Origin: a virus
Length of the DNA stretch: 64,000 bases
Reading direction: 5' to 3' (one strand)
Virus record (IMG/VR): IMGVR_UViG_3300020477_000001
Coordinates: 64,001-128,000 of that record
The position numbers and the translations under genes are program-made. Below the pieces are notes generated by a model. The model saw only the letters and a program-made list of their open reading frames with translations, was not told the DNA's origin and did no database searches. This document shows, piece by piece, positions 39,998 through 48,506 of this stretch; within the stretch, counting starts at the first letter, position 1, and every line of letters begins with the position of its first letter.

Positions 39998-40503
39998 ATC
40001 GTAGAGACTTTATAAAGTCAACAAGTGCGAGCGCGGTAGCACTCGCAACAGTACCCGCATCTATAGCAAGCGAATCAGAGCACTCTCCTCCAAGGCTAAA
40101 GCCAGAGTATCCTTATTTTGTAAATTGCTATATTCAAAATCAAAGATATTGGCCCCTAGAGGAATACAAAGATGGTATTTTTGGCGGTGATCATGAAGGT
40201 ATAAAAGATGAGGGGTACATGGGAGAAAAATGGATTGACGGTCAATTACGTTTTAATAGTTTCGGTGCAGCGGTTGAGTTTATAGATGTTCATAGCTTGG
40301 TAGTTCCTTTTTATAATGAAATTATGTATGAAGTATTTCATGAGAGAGTAAAAGACCAAATGGTTCCGCCAAAACATATTTTTAATTACTGGGTTAAATT
40401 AATGCCCGATGGTTTGGTGGATAACTTTCCAGAAACTATTAGGTGGATTCACCCAGACTATATTGATCACACTGCTGATGGAGCCTTAATTGAATATGTA
40501 TAG
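39994..40503 (+). CDS. protein with twin-arginine (Tat) signal peptide
   Basis: MNRRDFIKSTSASAVALATVPASIA. Confidence 0.6.
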   Translation: MNRRDFIKSTSASAVALATVPASIASESEHSPPRLKPEYPYFVNCYIQNQRYWPLEEYKDGIFGGDHEGIKDEGYMGEKWIDGQLRFNSFGAAVEFIDVHSLVVPFYNEIMYEVFHERVKDQMVPPKHIFNYWVKLMPDGLVDNFPETIRWIHPDYIDHTADGALIEYV

Positions 40504-40518
40504 AAGTTAAAGATCGCA

Positions 40519-41058
40519 TTATTTAGCTTCGCCCTCAATGTTGTCTTTGTATATTACCCCATACCAAGAATCAGACCTGTTATCCCCAATTACCCAATAT
40601 TCGTCTTTCTTTAGTTTGGCGAATTTTACATTTTCATTTTCATATACGATTTGATTCGTTCTCCAATCTCTTAAAGGGATTCCTGCTGCGCCGACAAGCA
40701 TTACTCTTATTTTTTGGTGACTGAATTCGTCTTTGTGCAAAATCCCGTCTATATATATATCGCCATCAATTATTTCAATCACTTCATTAGGTAAACCTAT
40801 TATTCTTTTGATCATGTACTCATCATCTTTCCTGCTAACGAAAACAACCACATCCCCACGTTTAATTTGATTCATTTTGTGAGTAGTTTTATCCACCATA
40901 ACAGTCTCGCCATCGGCATAACTCCCCTTCATGCTTCCACCCACTACTTTAAATTTTTTATAACCTACATTTATTATCACGCCGAATACTAAAAGCAGAA
41001 CAAAAAGCCTAAAATATTTATTTTTAAAATTTATTTGATTTAAAACGTCTTTTTTCAT
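40519..41058 (-). CDS. lepB: signal peptidase I
   Basis: TM anchor, GGSM (catalytic Ser), RGDVVVF, IKRIIGLP (catalytic Lys), GDNR..S. Confidence 0.85.
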   Translation of the reverse strand: MKKDVLNQINFKNKYFRLFVLLLVFGVIINVGYKKFKVVGGSMKGSYADGETVMVDKTTHKMNQIKRGDVVVFVSRKDDEYMIKRIIGLPNEVIEIIDGDIYIDGILHKDEFSHQKIRVMLVGAAGIPLRDWRTNQIVYENENVKFAKLKKDEYWVIGDNRSDSWYGVIYKDNIEGEAK

Positions 41059-41126
41059 AGCTATACCCCTAAGCTGTACATTTTTATTCCGGTACTTTAA
41101 TTACACTTGTATTGAGTTTTTTGCTA

Positions 41127-41915
41127 TTAAATTGATTCGCGTTTTATATTTGGAAATGGTTTGAAGTAATTTTTTTCGTAATTCCACATTAATTGGTCTA
41201 CATCTTCAATAGTATTTACTTTTGAATCATTTTTGCACATTTTGATAAACATATCTCTATCGTTGCTCCATCTAGTGCCGTCCCAAAATTCGAATCCTTG
41301 AAAGGAGCTTTTGTAAACGCAAATGTTTTCGTATGCGGGCATTATATATACATAGTTTAAACCTTTTTCCTTCGCCACTTCCAGTTCTTTTATCATACTG
41401 TATTTGCCTAAGAACATTTTGGGTTTATGATAATCCCAACAAAATTGTATCGAAGTCATCGCCTTTGAGTTGCGATGCATTCTACAAATAGTAAAAGCCC
41501 TAAGAATCCCTTCGTCCCTGTGCTCTAGGATATATTTGTCTTCGATGTCTAAATCATATAAATCTTTTATTTCCATATCATGACCAAAGCCACGTAGGTT
41601 TTGATATTTCTCATGTATGCGACTCAAGTCTTTTAAATTTGATTCTTTAAGTGGTTTGAATTCGGACTTTATATTTGCACAAGGCTTTAGCATTTTTCTT
41701 GTTTTTTTATTATATTTTAATTCAGAAACTTTTAATCTGGTTTGCCTACCTTGAATCCAAACTCTTTGCCTTTCATCTTTGGCCCACTCGTATATAAACC
41801 ACCCATTGTCCAGAGCGTACTCTTCTTCTTCTGGGTCGAAGTAAGCGCATACCTCGCAAAAAATGACGCTGGCATTCGACATCTTCCCACAGACGTGTTG
41901 AAAAAATAGTTTCAT
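41127..41915 (-). CDS. aminoacyl-tRNA--protein transferase (ATE1/Bpt-like)
   Basis: ALDNGW...R.RL; C-terminal WDY..P...LGKYS...E.E.AKE.GL.YVY.......YKS.F...E. Confidence 0.65.
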   Translation of the reverse strand: MKLFFQHVCGKMSNASVIFCEVCAYFDPEEEEYALDNGWFIYEWAKDERQRVWIQGRQTRLKVSELKYNKKTRKMLKPCANIKSEFKPLKESNLKDLSRIHEKYQNLRGFGHDMEIKDLYDLDIEDKYILEHRDEGILRAFTICRMHRNSKAMTSIQFCWDYHKPKMFLGKYSMIKELEVAKEKGLNYVYIMPAYENICVYKSSFQGFEFWDGTRWSNDRDMFIKMCKNDSKVNTIEDVDQLMWNYEKNYFKPFPNIKRESI

Positions 41916-42227
41916 TTATTTGGGGCAGCAAATGGGGCACTGTTCGCCTTTAGTTTTATCGCAGTCACATTCTTTATTATCTTTCATTTTTTTACTCCAA
42001 GGTCTGGGGTTAGTTTTGGGTTTTTCATGATAAGGTATCCCGAAAGTCTCATTCCCGCAGACCCTCAAATCGTTAGAATCGAAATGTTTGACCATTCCAG
42101 AATCAGTTAAAAAAACCACCCAGATAGTATTAAAATCTGGACTATAATCTATAACTAATTGAGCCCACCCCTCGCCCAGCGGGGTTTCTACTGGTATAGG
42201 CGGATTAAGCTGAAGCATGTTCATCAA
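41916..42227 (-). CDS. hypothetical phage protein
   Basis: QLNPPIPV.TP.G.GWA..VIDY; preceded by GTGTAATT. Confidence 0.55.
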   Translation of the reverse strand: MMNMLQLNPPIPVETPLGEGWAQLVIDYSPDFNTIWVVFLTDSGMVKHFDSNDLRVCGNETFGIPYHEKPKTNPRPWSKKMKDNKECDCDKTKGEQCPICCPK

Positions 42228-42315
42228 TAATAATTACACCTAAATAAAAAAAGGTATTGACCTTTGCTAAAAATCTGTATATTATGCATTTCCTCCCATT
42301 GAGAGGAACATATAT

Positions 42316-42537
42316 ATGAAAACCATTAAATACCTAGTATTAGGCGCTGTTATTGCCACTTTTTCGGTGGGATGCGCCTTTACCAACAAGCTCCCCTCCG
42401 TTACAGTTGGTGGAGCAGCAAACAAAGATGCGGTCTTAGACGCAAAAGTTAACAAGCAAGGCGCTGCTTTGACATTGCCCCTAGTTAACGTGGATGTCCC
42501 ATTCCCGTCTGTTAAAACTGGTGACGACGTTAAGTAA
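42316..42537 (+). CDS. lipoprotein
   Basis: Signal peptide with lipobox SVGC; SD GAGG; own promoter and terminator. Confidence 0.65.
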   Translation: MKTIKYLVLGAVIATFSVGCAFTNKLPSVTVGGAANKDAVLDAKVNKQGAALTLPLVNVDVPFPSVKTGDDVK

Positions 42538-42562
42538 AACTAACGTCTATTTCCCCTTAGCA

Positions 42563-42592
42563 CCCCCCCTTTACAGGGGGGCTTTTTTTTTT
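42563..42592 (+). terminator. intrinsic terminator
   Basis: CCCCCCT TTAC AGGGGGG followed by poly-T. Confidence 0.7.
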
Positions 42593-42639
42593 GCTATATA
42601 TTAAATTAGAAAATGAGCTAATTATGTGTAATTAAATAA

Positions 42640-42780
42640 GTGAGAATACAACCGACAACCCCCATAACCCCCATGAATTCTAACGACAAAAAATCCTGTC
42701 AATGTGGCTGCGGCTGTAAAACTTGCAATGATAGCTGCTCTTGTAAAGAGGGTTGTTCTTGCAAAAAACAAGAGGAATAA
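42640..42780 (+). CDS. metallothionein-like Cys-rich peptide (not in ORF track)
   Basis: GTG 42640 or ATG 42673 to TAA 42780: MNSNDKKSCQCGCGCKTCNDSCSCKEGCSCKKQEE; GTGTAATT motif just upstream. Confidence 0.6.
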   Translation: MRIQPTTPITPMNSNDKKSCQCGCGCKTCNDSCSCKEGCSCKKQEE

Positions 42781-42893
42781 ATGATCCTACCACACGACGC
42801 AGACAAAGGGAAGCCGCCCAAAGACGCAAAAGCGTTTGGCTTTTTTGTTGTTTTAGTTATTGTTATTATAGGTGTAGTAATCTACAACATGTG

Positions 42894-43286
42894 ATGGCTA
42901 AAAAAGATAAAATAACTTACAATAGCGAGCTAGACTACTTAGATATACAGGTAGACAGAAAACAGTGCAGCGATGTTTTTATTTCTAAGCCCCATCAAAA
43001 TGTTAGCCTAACTTTCAACAAAGACACGGGCGGTCTCATACAAGTAATGATTTCCGACTTCTTTGAAGTGATAAAACACTCTGATGGCGCTGTCAATTGG
43101 GACATGGACTCTGACTCGCTATCCGTTAGTTTAACAAAAGATCACACAGTCGATGCTCTTTGCGACTTGGTTTATTTCGATGACAAGACCCAGACAATGG
43201 TAACCTTAAACAGAAATGAATATGGAAACCTAACGGGCATGGAAATAATTAATGTCCACAAACTCATCAAAAAATTCTCGACTTAA
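42894..43286 (+). CDS. tandem DUF2283-like domain protein
   Basis: Internal duplication Y.S.LDYL.I...G.LI.V.I / WD.DSDSL.V...G.L.G.EI; start at ATG 42894. Confidence 0.5.
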   Translation: MAKKDKITYNSELDYLDIQVDRKQCSDVFISKPHQNVSLTFNKDTGGLIQVMISDFFEVIKHSDGAVNWDMDSDSLSVSLTKDHTVDALCDLVYFDDKTQTMVTLNRNEYGNLTGMEIINVHKLIKKFST

Positions 43287-43324
43287 TAATTGACTTAAAT
43301 TAAAAAAAGCCTCTTAATGTTTTC

Positions 43325-43801
43325 ATGAGGTTTATGAAAGTCATTTTATTTATTTTATTTTTTAATTTCAGCTTACAAGCTCAAGACTTAACGCCTCAGC
43401 AGCGCATACTTACAGAGACGATTCTCGGAGAAGCGCGTGGCGAGGGGGAAGCTGGTATGTATGCAATCGCCTGTATTGTGAAGCGTCGTATGGAGCTAAA
43501 GAGCTACCCCAACACAGCAATTGGAGTTTGCCTTGAGCCTAGCCAGTTTGATTACTGGACACAGCACAAGCGTGTAAAGTGGGACGACCAAAACCGCGCT
43601 AACGTGCGCCGACTCATGAAGGGCAACAATAAGCTTGTGCGCTATGCTAAGATGCTTGCCGTTAATATAGATAAAGTAGACTTAAACTATATAAACAACG
43701 CTGATCACTACTGCGCTCTAAGGACTCATAATTATTGGACTAAAAAAAATAAACCTGTAAAGATCATTGGTAATCATAAATTCTTTAAATTAAGAAACTA
43801 A
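43325..43801 (+). CDS. SleB-like cell wall hydrolase (lytic transglycosylase)
   Basis: Signal peptide, TILGEARGE..AGM.A.A, YP.....V, QF, IGNHKFF. Confidence 0.85.
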   Translation: MRFMKVILFILFFNFSLQAQDLTPQQRILTETILGEARGEGEAGMYAIACIVKRRMELKSYPNTAIGVCLEPSQFDYWTQHKRVKWDDQNRANVRRLMKGNNKLVRYAKMLAVNIDKVDLNYINNADHYCALRTHNYWTKKNKPVKIIGNHKFFKLRN

Positions 43802-43880
43802 TTGATATTATAACAATGTATACTATATTGTGGTGGCTTTCTGTGTTGGGTTGTTTCAAGAGCACAGTCGTCGCCAGTGA

Positions 43881-43913
43881 AGGGAGCGGGCTTTTGCCCG
43901 CTCTCTTTTTTTT
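43881..43913 (+). terminator. intrinsic terminator insulating the RNA-guided effector unit
   Basis: AGGGAGCGGGC TTTT GCCCGCTCTCT followed by T-run. Confidence 0.75.
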
Positions 43914-43922
43914 AAAAACTTC

Positions 43923-43951
43923 TTGACCGAAATTAAAAAACCATATAGCAT
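43923..43951 (+). promoter_or_regulatory. sigma70-type phage promoter for scaffold RNA and effector
   Basis: TTGACC-gaaaTTAAAAAAccata(17)-TAGCAT; predicted +1 near 43958. Confidence 0.7.
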
Positions 43952-43957
43952 AATCCC

Positions 43958-44120
43958 CAGTCGCTAACAGACTGCTACGGTGGGTTGCACCGGAAGGGGA
44001 GGGAAACCTCCAAATGCCGAATAGGTATGGTTCGCTTGCGAAGCAGATTCGGAAAGTTCCTAGGGGTCAACGGGGGGAGGATCATCCCGATCCTCCTCCC
44101 GCCCCCAAACCCTACAACAC
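43958..44120 (+). ncRNA. putative tracr/omega-like scaffold RNA of the TnpB/Cas12f-like effector
   Basis: Hairpins CAGTC/GACTG, CGGTG-GGTTG-CACCG, GGAGG-GAAA-CCTCC, CCGAAT/ATTCGG enclosing TTCG-CTTG-CGAA, long GC stem 44071-44101; ends in repeat-like CTACAACAC. Confidence 0.7.
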
Positions 44121-44129
44121 ATCTTTAAA

Positions 44130-45638
44130 ATGAAAAAAAAATCTAAACTTCAAAAGGTTGAACAAGAAACTATTCCTGTTAAATACCGAATCTACCCAAA
44201 CCTTAAGCAACGCAAATACCTTGACAGATGCTTTCTTTCCAGCCGAATCGTATGGAACTGGCTGCTAGGAGTACAGAAAGATTATGACCGTGGTCTTACT
44301 GAATGGGTAAAAGAAAAGTATGCCAAAGAGCTACAGAAATTCTGCAAGAAAGAAGGCTTCGAATTAAGCAGTCCATTTGAGCACGAAAAAATAAAAGAAT
44401 TAAAAAAAGGAGAAGCGAAAAAATTTCACACGGAAGTCATTCGCCTCAAGAAGGAGGAAGTTTTCCCCTCTGTCTTAGGGATAGAACTCCTTAAAGCCAT
44501 TATTCCTAATGCAGAAGAAGACGAAATCAAGAAGATGATAGTCAACAAAAAGAATCCTTCCGCTTCTAACAAGACTATCAACATCATGGACTTAAAAAGG
44601 CAAGTAAAAAACCTTCGAGAAGATAAACCAATCTTAAACCAAGTCGCATCCCAAGGAATCCATCACGTACCGCTTAACCTAGCTAAAGCTTGGAAGGCGT
44701 GCTACGACAAGAACCGCCCAGATTCCGGTGAGCCTAAATTCAAGAACAAATTCGCGAAGCAGTCATTCACTTTTGACACAGCAAAGCTTCAAGGAAATAA
44801 GTTATTCCTCCCGCCTAAAAGCAAAAACATTTTCATTAAAACAAAAGTCCATCGAGAGATGGAGGGTGAGCAAAAAACAATTACTGTTACTAAAAGCAAA
44901 ACAGGAGAATACTACGCCTCAGTTAACTTTAGGCAAGATGTATTCTTCCCGAAGCCCAAAAGTTTTAGTAAATCGAGCACGGTTGGCATTGACCTAGGAA
45001 TTAAAGATGACTACATCATTATGTCTAACGACATGGGGTCAATCAAAAACCCAAAATTTTTCAAGAAGCATGAGCGCAAAATCGCAATGCTAAATCGAAA
45101 ATTATCGCGCTCCCAGCCGAATAGCAATTCACGCAACAAAGTTCTACACGAGCTTAACCGCGAGTACGAGAAGCTCTCTAAAGCAAGGGAAGATTTTCAG
45201 CATAAGGTAACACACCAGATCGTAACTAACCCAAACATCAAGGCGGTGGCTGTCGAGGACTTGAATGTGAAGGGCATGACAGCTAAGAACAAACCAAAGG
45301 AGGGCGAAAATGGCCACTACTTACCAAACAATCAGTGCGCCAAACGAGGACAAAACAAAGCCACTCTGGACGCTGGGTTTGGAAGAGTTAGGCAGATGCT
45401 TGACTACAAATGTAAGCGCAATGGCAAAACGTTTGGAAAAGTTGACAGGTTCTTTGCATCCTCCAAAACATGCAACAACTGCGGTCATATCAATAAAGAG
45501 CTCAAAGTTTCCGACCAGTACTGGACCTGCGAAAAATGTGGCGAGCATCACGAGAGGAACTTTAATGCGGCAAATAACGTGCGAGATGAATTTATACGCG
45601 CAAGCAAGCAGAAAAAGAAAACCAAGAACTCGAAATAA
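44130..45638 (+). CDS. tnpB: TnpB/Cas12f-like RNA-guided protein, RuvC-III Asp replaced by Asn
   Basis: YRIYP...SRIVWNW N-terminus, GIDLG (D288), VEDL (E376), SSKTC..C, C..C zinc ribbon, HERNFNAANN (N477); no tnpA nearby. Confidence 0.85.
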   Translation: MKKKSKLQKVEQETIPVKYRIYPNLKQRKYLDRCFLSSRIVWNWLLGVQKDYDRGLTEWVKEKYAKELQKFCKKEGFELSSPFEHEKIKELKKGEAKKFHTEVIRLKKEEVFPSVLGIELLKAIIPNAEEDEIKKMIVNKKNPSASNKTINIMDLKRQVKNLREDKPILNQVASQGIHHVPLNLAKAWKACYDKNRPDSGEPKFKNKFAKQSFTFDTAKLQGNKLFLPPKSKNIFIKTKVHREMEGEQKTITVTKSKTGEYYASVNFRQDVFFPKPKSFSKSSTVGIDLGIKDDYIIMSNDMGSIKNPKFFKKHERKIAMLNRKLSRSQPNSNSRNKVLHELNREYEKLSKAREDFQHKVTHQIVTNPNIKAVAVEDLNVKGMTAKNKPKEGENGHYLPNNQCAKRGQNKATLDAGFGRVRQMLDYKCKRNGKTFGKVDRFFASSKTCNNCGHINKELKVSDQYWTCEKCGEHHERNFNAANNVRDEFIRASKQKKKTKNSK

Positions 45639-45649
45639 TTTTTGCCCAA

Positions 45650-45703
45650 GTGGCTGGCGGCGGCAGAGACTTTTATCTCTTCGGTCCTTGCTCCGCCAGC
45701 CAC
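45650..45703 (+). terminator. long GC-rich hairpin after the effector gene
   Basis: GTGGCTGGCGG...CCGCCAGCCAC followed by ATTTT. Confidence 0.45.
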
Positions 45704-45839
45704 ATTTTAAAATAAATAAAAATGAAAAGCGACAATCCAAACCGAGGCAACGGCAAGCACATTCATAAGTCACCAATCAATATGGACAATCCACAAAAAA
45801 AAGAGGATAGTGACTGGTGGGCAGAATTGTGTAAAAAAC

Positions 45840-46412
45840 ATGGAGCAAAAAACGCTTGGAAAAAAGAGAACAAAAAGAAGGTATGACTACGCTCATGGCT
45901 CTGAATCAGCAGTGATCGCCAGAGATGAATACCTCGAAAGAATAAAATGGAAGCCGCACGAATATGAAGTCATAAAAAACAATTACAATAATCATTCTGA
46001 TGCGGAAATAAGCCTCAAGTTCCTGCCTCACCGCACACCCGAATCAATAAGAAGATGTAGGCGCTCAATGAAATGTCACAGAAAGCCGAGCCACCAAATT
46101 TGGACAGAAGAAGAATTAGAATTACTGTATATCCATTGGAGAGACTACGACCAGAGGGAGCTTAAGGAAAAATTCTTCCCAAACAAAACCGTTGAGCAGG
46201 TTAGGAATGCTAAAATGCATCGCGGGCTAAAGAAGCCCCCAGTCTGGACCAATGAAGAGAGAGGCTTGCTGATAGACCACGGAGCGAACTATGACAGAGG
46301 ACAGCTACAGAAGCTGTTTTTCCCAAATAAAACCAAGGACCAAATAAGCCACATGAGAAAGCACCTCGGAATCAGAAGAAACCTAGGCGATAAAGAGATT
46401 AAAAAAGTGTAA
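45840..46412 (+). CDS. Myb/SANT-like repeat protein
   Basis: Three ~48-aa repeats: W.P.E..., WTEEE.ELL...FP.KT..Q, WTNEE..LL...FP.KT..Q. Confidence 0.65.
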   Translation: MEQKTLGKKRTKRRYDYAHGSESAVIARDEYLERIKWKPHEYEVIKNNYNNHSDAEISLKFLPHRTPESIRRCRRSMKCHRKPSHQIWTEEELELLYIHWRDYDQRELKEKFFPNKTVEQVRNAKMHRGLKKPPVWTNEERGLLIDHGANYDRGQLQKLFFPNKTKDQISHMRKHLGIRRNLGDKEIKKV

Positions 46413-46742
46413 TTGATATTGATGAAATCAGAGTATTTCCCTATTCTAATGCTTCTGTCATTTTTATTTTTATTATTTTTTGTCTTGAGATGGAATCGAA
46501 TTAAGATGAAGAATTTCCCAGAGGATATCTCCTTCAAGGATACGCTTAAACAAGTTTTCTTCATTGAGTCTTGACATAGATTAAAAAATCCCCCACCCTA
46601 CACTCCTTGAAAGAAAAAGACAGCCGCATTAAAAGTTGCGAAAAATGTGGCGTATCAATGCTAAAGATGTTTAATGCTTGCCCGTACTGCGGTTTCTGCC
46701 AAAAGCAAAAAACTAAATTAGCGCAGACAACTAAGGAGAAAC

Positions 46743-47177
46743 ATGAGGAAAAACAAGATTTCATTAGTAAGCGGCGGATTTGATCCAATTCACGTTGGAC
46801 ACATAGAACTCTTTAACAGGGCTAGAGAAATCTCTGACGGGCTATTCGTGATCTTGAATAGTGATAGGTTCCTCACAGAAAAGAAGGGCAAGCCCTTCAT
46901 GCAGCAACCAGAAAGAAAAGTCATTATTGAAAACTTACAGATGGTTGACTTGGTTATACCTTCAATAGACGAAGACCAAACGGTTTGTGCTACCCTGCGA
47001 AAACTAGCTAGCCTCAAGGACGCAGTTGACTCTGAATTATATTTCTGCAATGGTGGAGACAGGACGGACGGCGAGAACACGCCAGAACACAAAGTCTGCG
47101 AAGAAGTCGGAATACACAACGTTTATGGATTAGGTGAAAAAATCCAAAGCAGTAGTTGGCTTACGAAAGGGAACTGA
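46743..47177 (+). CDS. cytidyltransferase-like (HIGH) protein
   Basis: SGGFDPIHVGH, NGGDR, KIQSSSWL. Confidence 0.8.
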   Translation: MRKNKISLVSGGFDPIHVGHIELFNRAREISDGLFVILNSDRFLTEKKGKPFMQQPERKVIIENLQMVDLVIPSIDEDQTVCATLRKLASLKDAVDSELYFCNGGDRTDGENTPEHKVCEEVGIHNVYGLGEKIQSSSWLTKGN

Positions 47178-47199
47178 AACACATAAAATCACCGTCGCG

Positions 47200-47751
47200 A
47201 TGAAGAATTTAACCTGCGATAGCAAGAAGGGGAGAGAGTATGAAGCTCACGAAGAGAAAGCTATACTCTATATACAAGAGAAAAGAAATGTTGTAATAAC
47301 CTCTACGAGGTCAGAGCTCAATGAGGAATCAAAAATCCTAGAACAAGATATCTTAATCTCCAAAAAAGATGAAAGAGGAATCTTCAGACTAAGGGCGGTA
47401 GGCGAATTTAAGAACAGGAATGAATTCAAAAGAGGCTCTGGAATCCCGTTGACGCTAGAGAAGCTAAAAGGAGATAGACCTAATGACGGCTACATGATTA
47501 GCCTCAGAAAGCTAAAGAGTGGCCAAGCAATGTCTACGTCCCTAAAGGTTCCTTTCGTTGTTATTGTTAATTTAATGAATGATAAATACATTCTCTGCTG
47601 GAAGCTGACCAACGAGAAAGGTCAATGGGTTAAAAGACCGGAATCACTCAAACAAGAGACGCAGAAGAACATTGCAGGGGGAAATAAGCTTGACGACGTA
47701 GTTTATCTTAAATTATCAGAAACAGCTTTTCAACTTGAAAAAAACTACTAA
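47200..47751 (+). CDS. putative PD-(D/E)XK-like nuclease
   Basis: QDILI...VGEFKNR. Confidence 0.4.
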   Translation: MKNLTCDSKKGREYEAHEEKAILYIQEKRNVVITSTRSELNEESKILEQDILISKKDERGIFRLRAVGEFKNRNEFKRGSGIPLTLEKLKGDRPNDGYMISLRKLKSGQAMSTSLKVPFVVIVNLMNDKYILCWKLTNEKGQWVKRPESLKQETQKNIAGGNKLDDVVYLKLSETAFQLEKNY

Positions 47752-47780
47752 TAGGTTAAACTGAGAAAACTTAAAAAATT

Positions 47781-48143
47781 ATGAGCGAAGATAACAATAA
47801 CTCTAATACCGAAGAAACTACAAAAAACTCCAAAGACTTTTCGAGGCAAGAGGAAAACTGGAAAATTATGATTTTCTGTAATATTTCTTGGGAAGAGGCT
47901 TCGAAGGTAGAAGGCGACGACAGGGAGTTCCTTTTGCTGAAGGCTGACGAGCAGAAAGTAGAAGTACTCAAAAGGAAAAAAGAGTTGGCCGAGCAACAGA
48001 TGGCAGAGCAGCAGCAACAGGCCATGATGCAACAGCAAGCCTTGATGCAACAGCAGCAAATGATGCCCCAGCAGATGCCAATGCAGCAGCAAATGCCTAT
48101 GAACGGCGGCGGTATGCCTCCCCAGATGCCCCAGAGAGTCTAG
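47781..48143 (+). CDS. protein with Q/M/P-rich low-complexity C-terminus
   Basis: QQQQAMMQQQ...QQMPMQQQMPMNGGGMPPQMP. Confidence 0.55.
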   Translation: MSEDNNNSNTEETTKNSKDFSRQEENWKIMIFCNISWEEASKVEGDDREFLLLKADEQKVEVLKRKKELAEQQMAEQQQQAMMQQQALMQQQQMMPQQMPMQQQMPMNGGGMPPQMPQRV

Positions 48144-48150
48144 AGGGAGC

Positions 48151-48468
48151 ATGGATGGCCATTTAAAGCTTCTAAATCCGAAAAGGATAAGAGTTAAGTC
48201 GCTGTGCTGCTCTTATTGTGATCTTTCTTATAACAGAGAACACTATAAGGCTTTATTCGAGGCTAAAAAATTAATTTATTTTAAATCTCTAGATACAAAC
48301 ATATTTAGAGAGAAGGAAATAATTTGCCATGACTGTTTAGTTAATCTAGCAGACAAAGAGTCACTTTCATTCAAAGTAGAAACAGATACACATATTCTTA
48401 AATTAGATATAGACCCAACGATAGGCAATAAAGGCGACACAGATGACTTTTTAGATGATTTAATATAG
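48151..48468 (+). CDS. hypothetical Zn-binding protein
   Basis: CSYC / CHDC. Confidence 0.45.
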   Translation: MDGHLKLLNPKRIRVKSLCCSYCDLSYNREHYKALFEAKKLIYFKSLDTNIFREKEIICHDCLVNLADKESLSFKVETDTHILKLDIDPTIGNKGDTDDFLDDLI

Positions 48469-48506
48469 ACTTGACTTAACTTAAAAAACTCTATATCTTC
48501 CTATGC

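Noticed and set aside
44130-45638. Active IS200/IS605 or IS607 insertion sequence
   Set aside because: No tnpA or serine recombinase adjacent; the gene has a phage-type promoter, an upstream terminator and an altered RuvC site, which suggests domestication.
47748-48152. Leu/His-rich - strand ORFs
   Set aside because: Antisense shadows of the Gln-rich + strand gene.
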